Source of the DNA: Prorocentrum cordatum | Lineage: Eukaryota | DNA length: 64,000 nucleotides | Direction: 5' to 3' | NCBI GenBank assembly: GCA_963575745.1 | Contig: CAUYUJ010000103.1 | Coordinates: 310,001 to 374,000, forward strand | Shown: positions 1 through 11,684 of the stretch, piece after piece | How the letters are laid out: every line of letters starts with the position of its first letter | Position numbering within the stretch: the first letter of the stretch is position 1 | The notes under the pieces: generated by a model | The model's database searches: none | Told to the model about the DNA's origin: nothing | Seen by the model: the letters and a program-made list of their open reading frames with translations, nothing else | Program-made: the position numbers and the translations under genes

Positions 1-1763
1 GTGTTCCAGATGGTCACAGTCGACATGACGGCAAACCACCTCTTGCTTCTCTGTCGTTGAAAGATTTCAGCGTCTGCTGAACAAGAAAATCCAACACTGT
101 CTTGGCTCCCTTGTGAGCACACATGTATGTCCTGATACGGCAATATCACAACGTTGTTGAATGGTTAAGGATCTGAACGACACGCTCTTGTTGGATCGTC
201 ACGTGTGCACCGCATGGTATTGTTTAGCAAGGATCAAGGATGGGGAGACGCGTCGGCATGACGTGGTTGGTGCAACTATCTTGTACTACGAACTTGTACA
301 GCGCAATACGCGGAGGCCAGGCGATTAATCCGGTCCCCGGCACGGACATATGCTCTCATTCTGTTCAGGTGCAGGAGCGTAAGCGAATTGCTGCCATGTG
401 GTGCCACATATGGAGTACAACTTATGTGGTGCAACATGTGTTTGGTGCAGCCAAGGTGGTTCAAAATGTGCGGTGCATGTGGTGCAATATGTGTGTAATT
501 CAATCCTGCGTGGACGCCCGCCGGTGGCAAGTCCAGGAACGACAGCCAGGGCACGTGTGCGCCTCCGAGGTGCCCACTGGCGCCCACTGGCTGAACTTCG
601 GAAATGCCAACGAGCGCACGTGGGCTCCCACGAGGCGCCCACGGTGCTCACCAGCCGAATGTCCGGAACAACCAGCCAGCGCACGTGGGCGCCCGGGGCG
701 ACCACGGGCGCCACTCGCAGTATAAACTGGCCGCGCCAGCCGATTCCTCGGCAAGCGACTGAGGCCCACGCTCTCTGTGCAAGGTCTGCTTGGGTAACTA
801 AGTCTCGTTAGAAGGCAGCAGGGCTTCCAATAAGTCTTCTGTTTTTTTGAAGACCCCCCCGTTCTTCCTCGCCCCACCCGTGCGCGCGCCGCCAAGATGA
901 GGTTCTCTCTGCCGCCTCCGGAGCCCCTGGGCAGCGTGTGCGCGCGTCACAAACAAGGCCCTCGCACCCGTCGGAAGAGGCCAGAGGTGCCGTGCAGGCC
1001 TTTTCGGCGCAGCGAGTGCGCGTGAGGAACGATCGACGTCCAATCCGAGTGTGGGTTCGAGAGCTTCTTTGCAGAGGCAGACCAAACAATCGCCAGAGTC
1101 AGCGTAAGGTGCCGTTGCTCTAGAGTCACCAGAGGGGTTAGTCTCTTCCTGCGGCCCTGGGGTGAACGTGGGACGTCAAGACAGACATTCTTTTACAAGC
1201 CAGGGTGGGTTCAATTACCCAGGGAAGAGACCGTCGGCTCAGTATTGATTATGAGCTAGAGGAATTCAGTATCACGTGCAACCGCAAACATTGCAACAGT
1301 ACAGGAGGTCCAGCGAGACGCGAGGGCATGGATAGAGTGAGGAGGGTCGCAACGCAAGTGGGGAGTGGGGGAGGGGTGGGGGAGAGGGAGGGTCTGGGGG
1401 AAGGGCGGGCTTGAGGAGGAGATGGGACTGGGTATTGTGAGAGTGGGTGGAGGAGGAGGTGAGGAGGGGTAGGAGGTCCAACTCAACGGTACAAAGCATT
1501 GAGAAGACAAAGCATGCGAACATTCAAGTGTCACTGCATTGTTGCCAGGAGCTCTCCAGCCGCCTCCCTCCCCAGGGTCTCCCTCTGCTTCTCCTTCCCC
1601 CTCCCCCCGCCATATATTCCATCCCCCATCCCTCCTCTTGCCTCGCCTTCCGCTTCACCCCTCCTTCCCGCCCGCACCCCGTGCCCCTCCTCCCGCTCGT
1701 CCCGCCTCTCGCCCCGCAGCCCCCGCCCCCCCCCGCGTGGCCGGGCCCGCCGGCGGGGGGCGA

Positions 1764-1802
1764 ATGAGCGGCAGCGGCTGCGCCGCCGCCGTGCTCCCCG
1801 AG
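1764..1802 (+). CDS. Putative first coding exon of a host WW-domain gene (MSGSGCAAAVLPE)
   Basis: ATG at 1764 gives 13 codons ending GAG, followed by a GC donor. Phase-0 join to 5646 gives VLPE|GWVACQD, a typical WW-domain start (LPxGW). Confidence 0.6.
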
Positions 1803-2699
1803 GCCCGCCAGGGGGCGGCGGCCCCTGCCCGGTGCCGTGCGGCCGAGCTCCTGGTGCTGGCGCGTGCTCAGCATGCCGACGCCAGAGGGCTCGGGGGTGG
1901 ACAGAACCCCCCGCTGACACGCCGATGACTGAACTGTCCGTTTTCGGTTCTCGAGAGGGCGCCGCGGCCGTCATTTTGCAGGCTTGCGCCCGCCAGGTTT
2001 GAGCCCGAGGTCGTTTTCGCTAAACCGCGTTTTACAAGTGGGGGTTCTGTCCATCCCCGAAGGGCCCACCGCATGTCTGGGCACGCAGGGGGGGAACACC
2101 TCTCTGGGAGCAGCTCCCAGTCGTTGGCCAGAGTGCACGGGGTTGACGGGTGAAATTCCTAAGTTTTTCTGGGCGCGGCCCTTGTCCGACTCGGACCCAG
2201 CTGGCAGCGCCGCTGGCGGAGGAACGCCACAGCGGAGAATAGAGAGGAACCGGGGAGGGAAGCGAAGAGTCTTTCGCATTGTAAGGCGACCCCGAACACG
2301 TAAAGCAGATGTTTGTTCCAAGCTGCGAGGGTAGAGTCATGCGTTGGTACTCAACTCGTGTTGTCAAACTTGTAATGCTTCTCTTGTGCCACGCGTCATG
2401 CGTCTCTGTCTAGTTGTTTTGTTTATGTTCGTTATTGGGATTACCCACGCTCGGGTGTATCTGGCTGAAAGCTAGTGCAGTTCTTTTGCGGCGCCAGAGA
2501 CACTCTCGGTTGTTCGAGCACCGTTTAAATCAGATACCGGACAACAACAAACATACTGACATTGATATACACGCAAACTTTCACCAACATAATGTGTTCT
2601 GCTTGTTCAGGCCAACTCGCACGCCCTTAATCAGCCACATCACCAATTCTTGCATGCAAGGTCACCGCCCTCGCATTTCGAAGGGTTCCCTAAACTTGA

Positions 2700-3640
2700 A
2701 GCCCTGAGGTTCTTCTGAGCACGAGCCTACGGATGAGTCCGGAACTTCATTTGCACACATCGTGGCGATGCTTATAATACACATGCCGACGTTTAACTAC
2801 AGCCTGTGCGCTTGACTTGGCCGAGCATATTTTGAGTATGCGCGGCCAACCCCAAGGGGTGTCCCTGGAACGCAGAGAGGATCTACGTGTGACTTTCGCT
2901 TGGGGGCGAGCACGCCGCCTATCCAGCCTGGAGGAGTGATGGAAGAGCAACGTTCAAGAGGAGAGATCTCAATGGCCCTTCGTTGTACCGTGATCTGTTT
3001 CCCCGCCATGCTGCTCCATGCGGCATCGGTGTTCGTGTGAGCGTAAAGAGACTTTCTGACCGATGTTCGTCGAGCTGCTGATCTCGAGGCACTCAGGCGG
3101 CAGTATTTGGACTTGTTGACATATATTCCCCCCCGCCCGAGAGATGGATAGGCCAGGCCAACTGGCGTGCGGATATCGAGACCACAGACGCTCTCAACCT
3201 CCATCCCAGAACCTCGGAGGCAGAGAGGCAGCAGTTTAAGAGTTCTATCGAGAGTCTCGACAGGGTGGCGCGACTGACGGCTGCGGTCCCGCCTTGTTTC
3301 CTAAGGGTGCAGCACCAGCGTCCTCCCAAGCGTGAGCAGCCGCGCAAGGTGATTGCGAAACCAACAGACTGGCATGAGTGGGAGCCCTGGTGGTGGGGAG
3401 CTCGCTGTGGGATGTCAGGGGCTTCCAGAACGGTTGTGCTCTACTTTGGCGGAGGCCCCGGCTAATGGCCATAAGTTTGCGAACACACATGTATTAGATG
3501 AGGATTTGCATTGTTTTGCATGGTGCGGTGTAGCTACACCCTGGAGAAGATAAGGCAGCTGGCGACACTTCGTCGGCCAGAAGTGCATAGCGGTGATGTC
3601 AACGCGCTGTCACAACTCAAACGAGGCTGACACCCTTTGC
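2700..3640 (+). pseudogene. Heavily decayed 3' part of a non-LTR retrotransposon ORF (RNase H-like plus Cys/His tail)
   Basis: Frameshifted fragments SRGEISMALR, ANWRADIETTDALNLHP and HCFAWC..YTLEKIRQL..ALSQLKRG*HP. The tail resembles the one at 59500-59700. Confidence 0.35.
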
Positions 3641-4107
3641 GCGACGCGCGCGTCTCCTGTGCGGCACAGGAAGTCCCTGTATCGGGGCCTGAGGTGCGTG
3701 CGTATGCCACCGCGTCGATGAGGCAGCAACTGGCTGCCCGCGCCGCCCCACTGAAGTACCTTGCTGCCATCAGGTCCCGAATAGCCGAGAAGGAAAGACA
3801 GAGGGGATAGTAGTGCGGCTTGTGAAATTGGTTCTGCCGATGGTGCCCTCCCCCCCCCAAAACCATGGGGATCACTGGGCCGCCGAGTGGTGAGCGTTTT
3901 TTTCTCTCTGGCGTAACGCTCGTTCCCCGCGCCTGCCCCTCCCCCCCCGGGGTAACGCTAACGATCGTGCCGTGGCGGAACGGGGGCCTGCCCCTCCCCC
4001 CCCTACATGCTGAGAGCGACCCCCCGCAGGTATTGTGCTGTGCTCACAGGCATGGCGTGGTCTGAACGGCACGCACCGGTGCTCACAAACGTGTTGTGGC
4101 GCTCGCA

Positions 4108-4176
<69 letters not shown>

Positions 4177-4210
4177 CGTCGACGTCGTCGTCGTCGTCGT
4201 CGTCGTCGTC
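4108..4210. repeat. (GTC)n microsatellite
   Basis: Near-perfect GTC run read directly. Confidence 0.97.
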
Positions 4211-4559
4211 CAATGCAGCTGGCGATGGCCCAGCCACCGCAGGCTGGTTCGACCACTGTTCCGCAAGTGCAACATGCGGTGGCTCTCTCTATCTGTCTCT
4301 TCTGGCCGGTGCTCGGTCCTAGTGCGATACATTCAACGCGCCTAATAAGGACGCGCGCCTACTCCAGGGTACCCTTGTGTCTTTGCCTCTGCGTCCTGTC
4401 CTTTGCCGCTTTCATTGGCCAGCTTTTGCAACACAAATCCAACTTCGGCTTCCAAGGGTCGTGCGTCCATACCACCCGTCCTTGATGCACGTGTTTATTG
4501 TGGACCCAGCGCCATGGAGAAGATGAAGACTGGGCGGCCCCGCGCCTCCTCCCGCGGGC

Positions 4560-5060
4560 GCTGTGGTGTGCGCAGGTGCTGTGGTTCACGCGTGCAGCGT
4601 GGTGCACAGCGACGCTGCGTTGCACACGGCTGTTGCGGTGTACGCAGGTGCTGTGGTGTACGCAAGCGTTGCGGTGCACGCATGCACTGTGGTGTACACC
4701 GACGCACACAGACGTTGTGGTGTACGCAGGCATTGTGGTGAAAGCGTGCAGATGTTTTTTGTGGAATCGAGGGGCGCCCCAATTTCCAGAAGGATTCTTT
4801 TATCAAGCAATTGTGGAATTCAGAGGCGCTCCTTTTTCCATATCGATTCCCACTCAAATTCTATTTAAGAGTGGTTTTGTGGAATCCAGAGGCGCTCCAT
4901 TTTCAATGGGGGGTTCTATAATAGTTCTATTATGAATACTTGTTCTTTTTCAACGTGGTGCTGCAGTGCACGCGGTTGTTGTGGTGTACGGAAGCACTGT
5001 GATGTGTACACAGGTGGCCCTGTGTTGCACGCAGGCATTGGGCATTGTCGTGTGCACAGG
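4560..5060. repeat. Degenerate ~18-bp tandem repeat (GTGGTGTACGCAGG-like), two blocks
   Basis: Repeated gtggtg(t/c)(a/g)cgca units at 4560-4750 and 4955-5060. Confidence 0.75.
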
Positions 5061-5645
5061 CGATTGATGCGTCGTTGGCGCGGACGCACCTTGGCGGGCG
5101 CACGCCGCGGCCGACGTTACCATTACCTTCCCGCTCTCCCCCCCATCCCCCCCCGTAACGGCTGTTACCCTTGACAAAAAAAAAAACGGTCACGTGAAGC
5201 TCTCGGGCCGTCGTAGGCCGGTAATGGGCCGTCTTGAAAGGGCCGTCGTCAGCGTGTGTCGGGCCGTTTCGGGGTTGTCAGTTGTGTGGCCATGTGTCGT
5301 TTTGAGCCTTTGAAGGCTTCCTGACAGGAGGGATGCGTTTACCTCCCTGAGTCCTCGATAGCTTCTGAGTGGCCTTCTGACGGCCTCTTCGGGTTTGCTG
5401 TGGACCTGCTCGATGAACTCTGGCCTTCTTGGGGTGCACCGATGCCGTCTCAGAGGTCTCGGGACCGTCACGAAGAGTCGTCTAGCCGTCTGAAGGAGTT
5501 ACAAGGCCAGTCGTAAGTTGGACATGGGGCTGTTCTACCGTGCATTTCGGCTGTCGTGGTGCCTAACGATTTGCTCATGGCTCGCTGCCTCTCTTACCTC
5601 TCCTCTATGAGTCTTTCACTGTTCCTTGCTGTTATCATCGCCCAG

Positions 5646-5703
5646 GGCTGGGTGGCATGTCAAGATGCTGAGGGCAGGCTCTATTACGCCAACAATGCCA
5701 CAG
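5646..5703 (+). CDS. WW gene exon 2 (GWVACQDAEGRLYYANNAT-G), N-half of WW domain 1
   Basis: AG acceptor at 5644-45, 58 nt, GC donor at 5704-05. Matches the GW..D..GR.YY.N..TG WW signature. Confidence 0.85.
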
Positions 5704-6369
5704 GCATCCGTGACTGGGTGGGGTATTGCATCGCCACGTTCTGGAGGCCAGTCTGTGTTTTCTCTGCCATTGTTGATGTGGGTTTGGGACTGGCTTTGTC
5801 AATTCAGTTTTGCTTGTCGGAGACATTATGGAGAGTATGCTCCTCCAATATTTTGCAGCCGAGCGCGAAGCCATGATCTAAAAACCAACCCCTCTCACCC
5901 AGCGTAGGGAAGAGAAGTACTGGGGCCCCAATTGGTAAAACCATTTCCGAGATTTCGCCAGTGGCGACGTGGGTGTAGCTGATGCGGCTTACGCCATTCT
6001 GCCGACCCCCCAAAGGGGTAACTAATTCTGAGGGACGGCTGTGTGCGTGCGGATTTGGGAGGAGTGGAACCTTCCTGTTGATGTGTATCCCTTTTTGTGC
6101 CGCTCGACACTTACCTCGAACGTTAGAGGGGTGACGACTGTATGCTCAGGAATAAGAGAGCCCACGCCGGCGGAGGTGTCTTTACCCTTTTTCGCCTTCT
6201 TCCTCTATGCCTTCTTTCTCTCCCCCCTCTTTGCTTCAGGACAGGCAGCGGACACCCACATGCATTTAGAATCGAGTCGAGTCGAGGAGGAGGAGGAGCA
6301 GGAGGAGGAGGAGGAGGAGGAGGGGGAAACGGAAGAAAAAGAGGGGGCTGAGGTGGCTTAGGATAAAGA

Positions 6370-6975
6370 AGATGGAGACTCGTGGGGCCCTCTGGGAGCT
6401 TCGTGTGGGCCTCTCGGGGGCCTCTTGGAAGCCTTCTTGGACCTCTTTGGGGGCCTTTTTGGGCTTCTTGGGTGCCTCTTTGGCCGTCTTAGGGCGTTCC
6501 TGGTCCGTCTGACGCCATCGGGAGCCGTCTTGGATGCCTATCTGAACTGACTTGGGGTCCTCTTGGGGCGCCCTCAGGGCCGTCTTGGGGGCGATCTTGG
6601 GCGTCTTGGAGGCCTCTTGGGCCATCATCAGGCCCTCTTGGGGTCGTCTTTGCACTTCTTGGGCCGTCCTGGGGTCATCTTGAAGGCTTCTTGGGCGGAC
6701 TTGGAGGCATCTTGGACCCTCTTTGGCCGTCTAGGAGCCCATTTTGGACCATCTCGGGCGAACTTGGAGGCCATCGTGGCTGTCTTGGAGGCCATCTTGA
6801 GTTATCTTGGACCCATCTGGAACGGACAAATCCTTGCCAACCACCTCCTGGCAAGCATTCCGGGTGGCCGGCGCAATGAGCCGAAACCCCAGGGGGAGTC
6901 TTTAAATCAACCAAGAACCATCAAGCGATTAGCACGCCGGGCACTTTCGTGACAAATCAACAGGGGGCGGCGGAT
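6370..6975 (+). repeat. Dispersed repeat built of GGGCC(G/C)TCTTGG units, ending GGCGGAT
   Basis: Low-complexity gggccgtcttgg motif; the same family occurs at 5200-5500, 7600-8065, 28080-28340 and 56800-57671. Confidence 0.75.
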
Positions 6976-8065
6976 GCTTGGCAGCAGCCTGGCAGCCCGG
7001 CCCCCCTGTGATAATCAGCACGCCGGGCACCCCTGTGATCTCCGCGGCTGCCCAGCAGCAGCCTGGCAGGCGCTGCTGCCCCTTTCCCTCCTCCCTCCCT
7101 CCCCTCGTCCTCCTTCCCCCTCGTGCCGGCCTCGTCTCACGTTTTTTTCATTGCACTGCGAGGGGCTCATTTGCTTGGGTCAGGGGCGCTCGCCTGCAAG
7201 CATTTGAGTTTTCAGGCCCGACGGCGGCATCGGTGCCGCCGTGTGGAAGCTCTCCTCGAGCTGCCGCCGTGTGTTCGACCCCGCCCTTTGAACGACGACA
7301 GCTCGTCTGCCTCCTGCTCTCCTTCCCCTTCCCCTCCTCGCGAGGATCGGGTGCACCTTCTGGGCCCGCGGTGGCTGTTCAGGGGCCGTTTGGTGACCTA
7401 GATACTTGCGCGACGGGTGCGGATTTACGTGAAGAAGTGGCATGTGCTCGTCAGCTTGAGAGCTCATTGTCCAAGGGCGCAACCAGCCGCCCAAGCCATT
7501 ACTTGGCTATTGGAGGGGCAGCTGTCAGATGACCCCCCCCCAAACAAACAAATAATAATAGTGGCCTTCGACCAAACTCGCCACTTTGCCTGGGCTGTGG
7601 TTCGCGAGCCTCTTGGAAGAATATGAGGAGGGTCTCTTGGCATGCCTGTCAAGGGCTCTCCGAGGGCTCTTGGGTGCATTTCTGAAGCTTTTAAGGGCCT
7701 CTTTGGGGCCGCTGGGGTGCTTCTTGGGGGCAATGGGGCCTCTTAGAGGCACCTCGGGGTCCTCCGGTGGGCTCTTGGGGCTATCTCGGGGGAAAGGCTT
7801 GAAATATCAGATCGTATTCCCATCTTTTGCTCCTCTTGGGACCCTCTTTGGGGGCCGTCGTGGGGGCCCCTGGGCCGTCTCAGGGCCCTCTTGGGCCGTC
7901 TTGGGGCCCTCTTGGGGGTTCATCGGCCGTTTTTGTGACGATCTTCTGGGTTCGTTGGGCAGTCTTAGAAGCCGTGCTTTCAAAAAATGCGAGTGTGCTA
8001 AACATGTTTTCCTAACGGAATGAGACGATATCGGGGCCTTCTCGGTGGTCCTCTTGGAACACTTT

Positions 8066-8326
8066 TGGTTCTAAAGCGCGCTGAGGGACATAAGGAGCAG
8101 AAGCGAGCGTGTGCCCGCGGCCGCGTCGGCCCAAGCGGCCGGCCGCCCAAATATGATTGTGTTTCACCGTGCGGCACACGAATGCTATCGAGACCAAAAG
8201 GACCATCTTATTTCTTAAGATGGCACATCCTCTCCTACTGGGACTATCGTTACTACGGTACAACAGAGCAGGAGCTTGGCTTCGCCTAAGGCGAAGCTGC
8301 TGGCGGGGCCTCCCAGCCCCCTTCAA
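8066..8326 (+). repeat. 5' LTR of element A
   Basis: Aligns without gaps to 27821-28076, about 34 mismatches in 256 nt by hand count. Confidence 0.9.
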
Positions 8327-8329
8327 ACT

Positions 8330-8339
8330 TGGTAGCGGA
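8330..8339 (+). promoter_or_regulatory. Primer-binding site, likely tRNA-iMet
   Basis: TGGTAGCGGA immediately after the 5' LTR; the same 10 nt occur in element B. Confidence 0.8.
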
Positions 8340-10412
8340 ACTGGCCTATGGTGGTCAGCTCTTGCTCTACTCCTCACCATCCACGGCACTATCTGGAGAA
8401 CTAAATACATGGTGGAACATCAGGGTGCAGTGGGTTTGCGCGGAGGAATGTATATAACTACGCATGATCGCAATGACACTTGCAGCGATACCTCTGCTTA
8501 CGCGGAGGTTTCCCACTTACGTCCTACATCCCTGCGCTGTTACACTCCTGAAGTCCACCCACCTATTCCAATTCGAAGTTTTATTCGAAAACACAATGCA
8601 TGGAAATATGCGATACGACGCAGCGCCGCCTCCATCCCCACGCAGACTCACGACTACACAACGGAAGCTCCAACCGACTACATCCGACCACGACTTACGG
8701 GGCCGTTGGATTTGTGTTACTATATTTGGACTCGCGTGGGTCGCTATCGGGTGTGCGGTAGGACAAATGCGTGGTGGAGGCGACACAAGAACGACCGGCC
8801 CTCACTGGGGCCCAGCCGGTCAAGTACGTTTTCGCGAATTCGCCCGCGAGGTGCATGCCTGGATCAACGTTACCATAGGCAACATGACGCCCGCCCAGCA
8901 AGCTTCAGCCTTGCCTCGAGGTCTGGGAGGTCTCGCGCGGACCATAGCCATGAGAGACCCCCCAGCAGTCATCAACTTTGGCGTTCACATAGGTGGTCGC
9001 CATGCCGACGGCGTCACCTACATCACGTTCCTCTTCAGCACGACGTTCGAGAACCTAGGAGAGAAGAGCCAACACAACTCTTGTACAGCTCTCATCGACT
9101 TCCGAGTCCATGCGGGGGAACGCATCCACCAGGCGTTAGCACGCTTCGATATAGCCCGCTATGAAGCTGAATCGGCAGGCTTCAACATCCCCAACTTCCA
9201 AATCCTAGCAGTGATATTATTTTAGAGCTCTTGGAGTGGGGGCATCGCGTGCGCAACAACTCCTGCAGCCTCTAAATACCACATGTCGAGAGACCAGCAA
9301 CAGTTTGATGCTCCACTCGAACGTATGAGGTCATATGCTCACATTGCCGAGCGAAGCCCTGGTAATGTCGGTGGTATTGTCAGTCACGGTCTCCGAACCG
9401 AGACCTTTCAAGTGGAGGCTAACGCAGGACAGCCTGCTCACAACGTCTGGAATGATCCACATCCAACTGAGACCACTGCTCTGTTGGCTCAGAATGGTGG
9501 AACGGCCTCGGGGTCGCAAGACTCCTGGACCAGGCTTCGGGGGCCGCCCGACGCGGTATCCCCCGCGCAAACCATGGCCCTAACGGCTCAGCGGGGCAAC
9601 CTGCCGAGTCCGATTTCGACCCCGGTATTGAGACCGATGCGTCTTCGGACGATGGAGCCACAGCCCACGACTATTCGGATACACCGCACTCACATCTATA
9701 CCCCTGGGTGGGTGTATGTGCGGCCGTTTTTGCGCTGTCATGTGCGCGCATGTGCGCGGCATGTGCCAGTCATGTGCCAGGCCTGTGCGGTCTTTCTTGG
9801 ATGGACTTCCTACTGTGCACGTCGTGCCCGGGCATGTGCGGGGGCATGTGCGCTGTGTTTTGATGTATCCATCATACGCACATGCACGCACAGTCCGACG
9901 CACATGCGCGCACATGCCTGCACATGCGGGAGGTGTTCGAGAATCGCAGATCTGTCATCGGCACATGCACGCACATGCCTGTGCAACCTCTCTTCGGGAG
10001 GCCGCGCGGGCCCGCACATGCACGCACATGCGGTGAAGCGCGCGGGCGCACATGCGTGCACATCCCAATGCACATGCACGCTCATGCCCTAGGAGCTGTC
10101 TGGGACCCCTGTGCCTCCAATGCCTCCTGGCCTTCGCAGAGCTAACCTGGGGCGTGCCAGGGCTTCCTGAAAGAGTTTGTTGTGCGTTTAGACTCGCCCG
10201 CTGCTGGCGGGGGCGGTTCTTCGCCCGGTTCGTGAGCTGGCGGTGGCGCGCCCGCCTAATAAAATACTCTCCCGCGCGCCTTCTCAGCTCGGCCGGAGAA
10301 GCAGGGATGGGGGGGGGGGAGGTGGAAGGGGGGGGAGGAGGGGGGGGCGGAGGAGGCGGGCGCCCCCGGCTCGGCCGGCCCGCCTGCCTGTTCGGCTCGG
10401 CCAGAGGAGAAC

Positions 10413-10503
10413 GAGGAGGAGGAGGAGGAGGAGGAGGAGGAGGAGGAGGAGGAAGAGGAGGAAGAGGAGGAGGAGGAGGAGGAGGAGGAAGAGGAGGAGG
10501 AGG
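10413..10503. repeat. (GGA)n microsatellite
   Basis: Direct read. Confidence 0.95.
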
Positions 10504-10765
10504 TGCAAGTTGCAAGGATGTCTCGGGCGAAAGTGGCTTGACGGCCCGAGCTTAGGGAATCTCGGAATCGCTGGCCTGGCTCGGCCACCGGCGAGCTCGG
10601 CCTGTGCGAATACTGTGCGTACCTGTGCGGGGCATGTGCGGGACGTGCAAGAATGCCGGGGCCAGCGTTCGTCTCCGGACGCCGGCGCGTTCGCGTCCGG
10701 CCGGTTCCGCGTGAGACGTCGTCGGCAATCTGGAGGCCGACGTGCTTTGACATGAAGTGATCTGG

Positions 10766-11684
10766 CCACCTTCGCCTGAGACATCCTCGCAACTCTGGTC
10801 TCGGAGATGCCCTGCCCCATGGTGGCCCGGCCACTTTCGCTTGAGATAATTATCCTCGGAACTCTGGGTTTCGAGACGCCCTGAGCTGAGGTGGTTAGAC
10901 CACTTTCGCCTGAGACATCCTCGCAACTCTGACCTCAGAGATCTCCTGCCCCATGCTGGTCAGGCTACCGTCGCCTGAGACATCCTCGCAAGTCTCGATT
11001 CCGATATGCCCCGAACTGAGGTGGTCAGCCACTGTCGCCTGAGACATCCTCGCAACCCTGATCTCAATGATGCCCTGCTCGATAGTGTCTCGGCCCCTTT
11101 CGCCTGAGACATCCTCGGAACTCTGGGTTCCGAGACGCCCTGAGCTGAGGTGGTTAGACCACTTTCGCTTTAGACATCCTCGCCCGAGATGCCCTGAGTT
11201 GAGCTGTTCAGGCCACTTTCGCCTGAGACATCCTCGCAACTCTGACCTCAATGATGCCCTGCTCCATAGTGTCTCGGCCTTTTTCGCCTGAGACCCTCGC
11301 AACTCTGGGTTCTGAGATGCCCTGAACAGGTGGTCAGGCCAGTCCTGCCTGAAACATCCTCGCAACTCTGGGCTCCGAGATGCCCTGGGCTGAGGTGCTC
11401 AGACCACTCTCGCCAGAGACATCCTCGCAACTCTGACCTCAGAGATCTCTTGCCCCATGGTGGTCAAGCCACTTTCGCCTGAGACATCCTCACAACTCAG
11501 ACCTCGGAGGTGTCCTGCCCCATGGTCGTCTGGTCACCTTGACCAGCGACATCCTCGCCACTCTGGTTTCCAAGATGCCCTGCCCCATGGTGATCCGGCC
11601 ACGCTTGCCTGAGACATCCTCGGAACTCTGGGTTGCGAAATGCCCCGAGCTCAGGTGGTCAGGCCACTATCGCCTGCGACATCT
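10766..11684 (+). repeat. ~65-bp minisatellite, ~14 copies
   Basis: Unit head CCACTTTCGCCTGAGACATCCTCGCAACTCTG recurs every ~65 nt; one inverted head copy at ~10508-10536. Confidence 0.95.

Noticed and set aside
10766..11684. CRISPR-like repeat/spacer appearance
   Set aside because: The 'spacers' are homologous to one another, the repeats are degenerate, no cas genes are present and the context is eukaryotic; it is a minisatellite.
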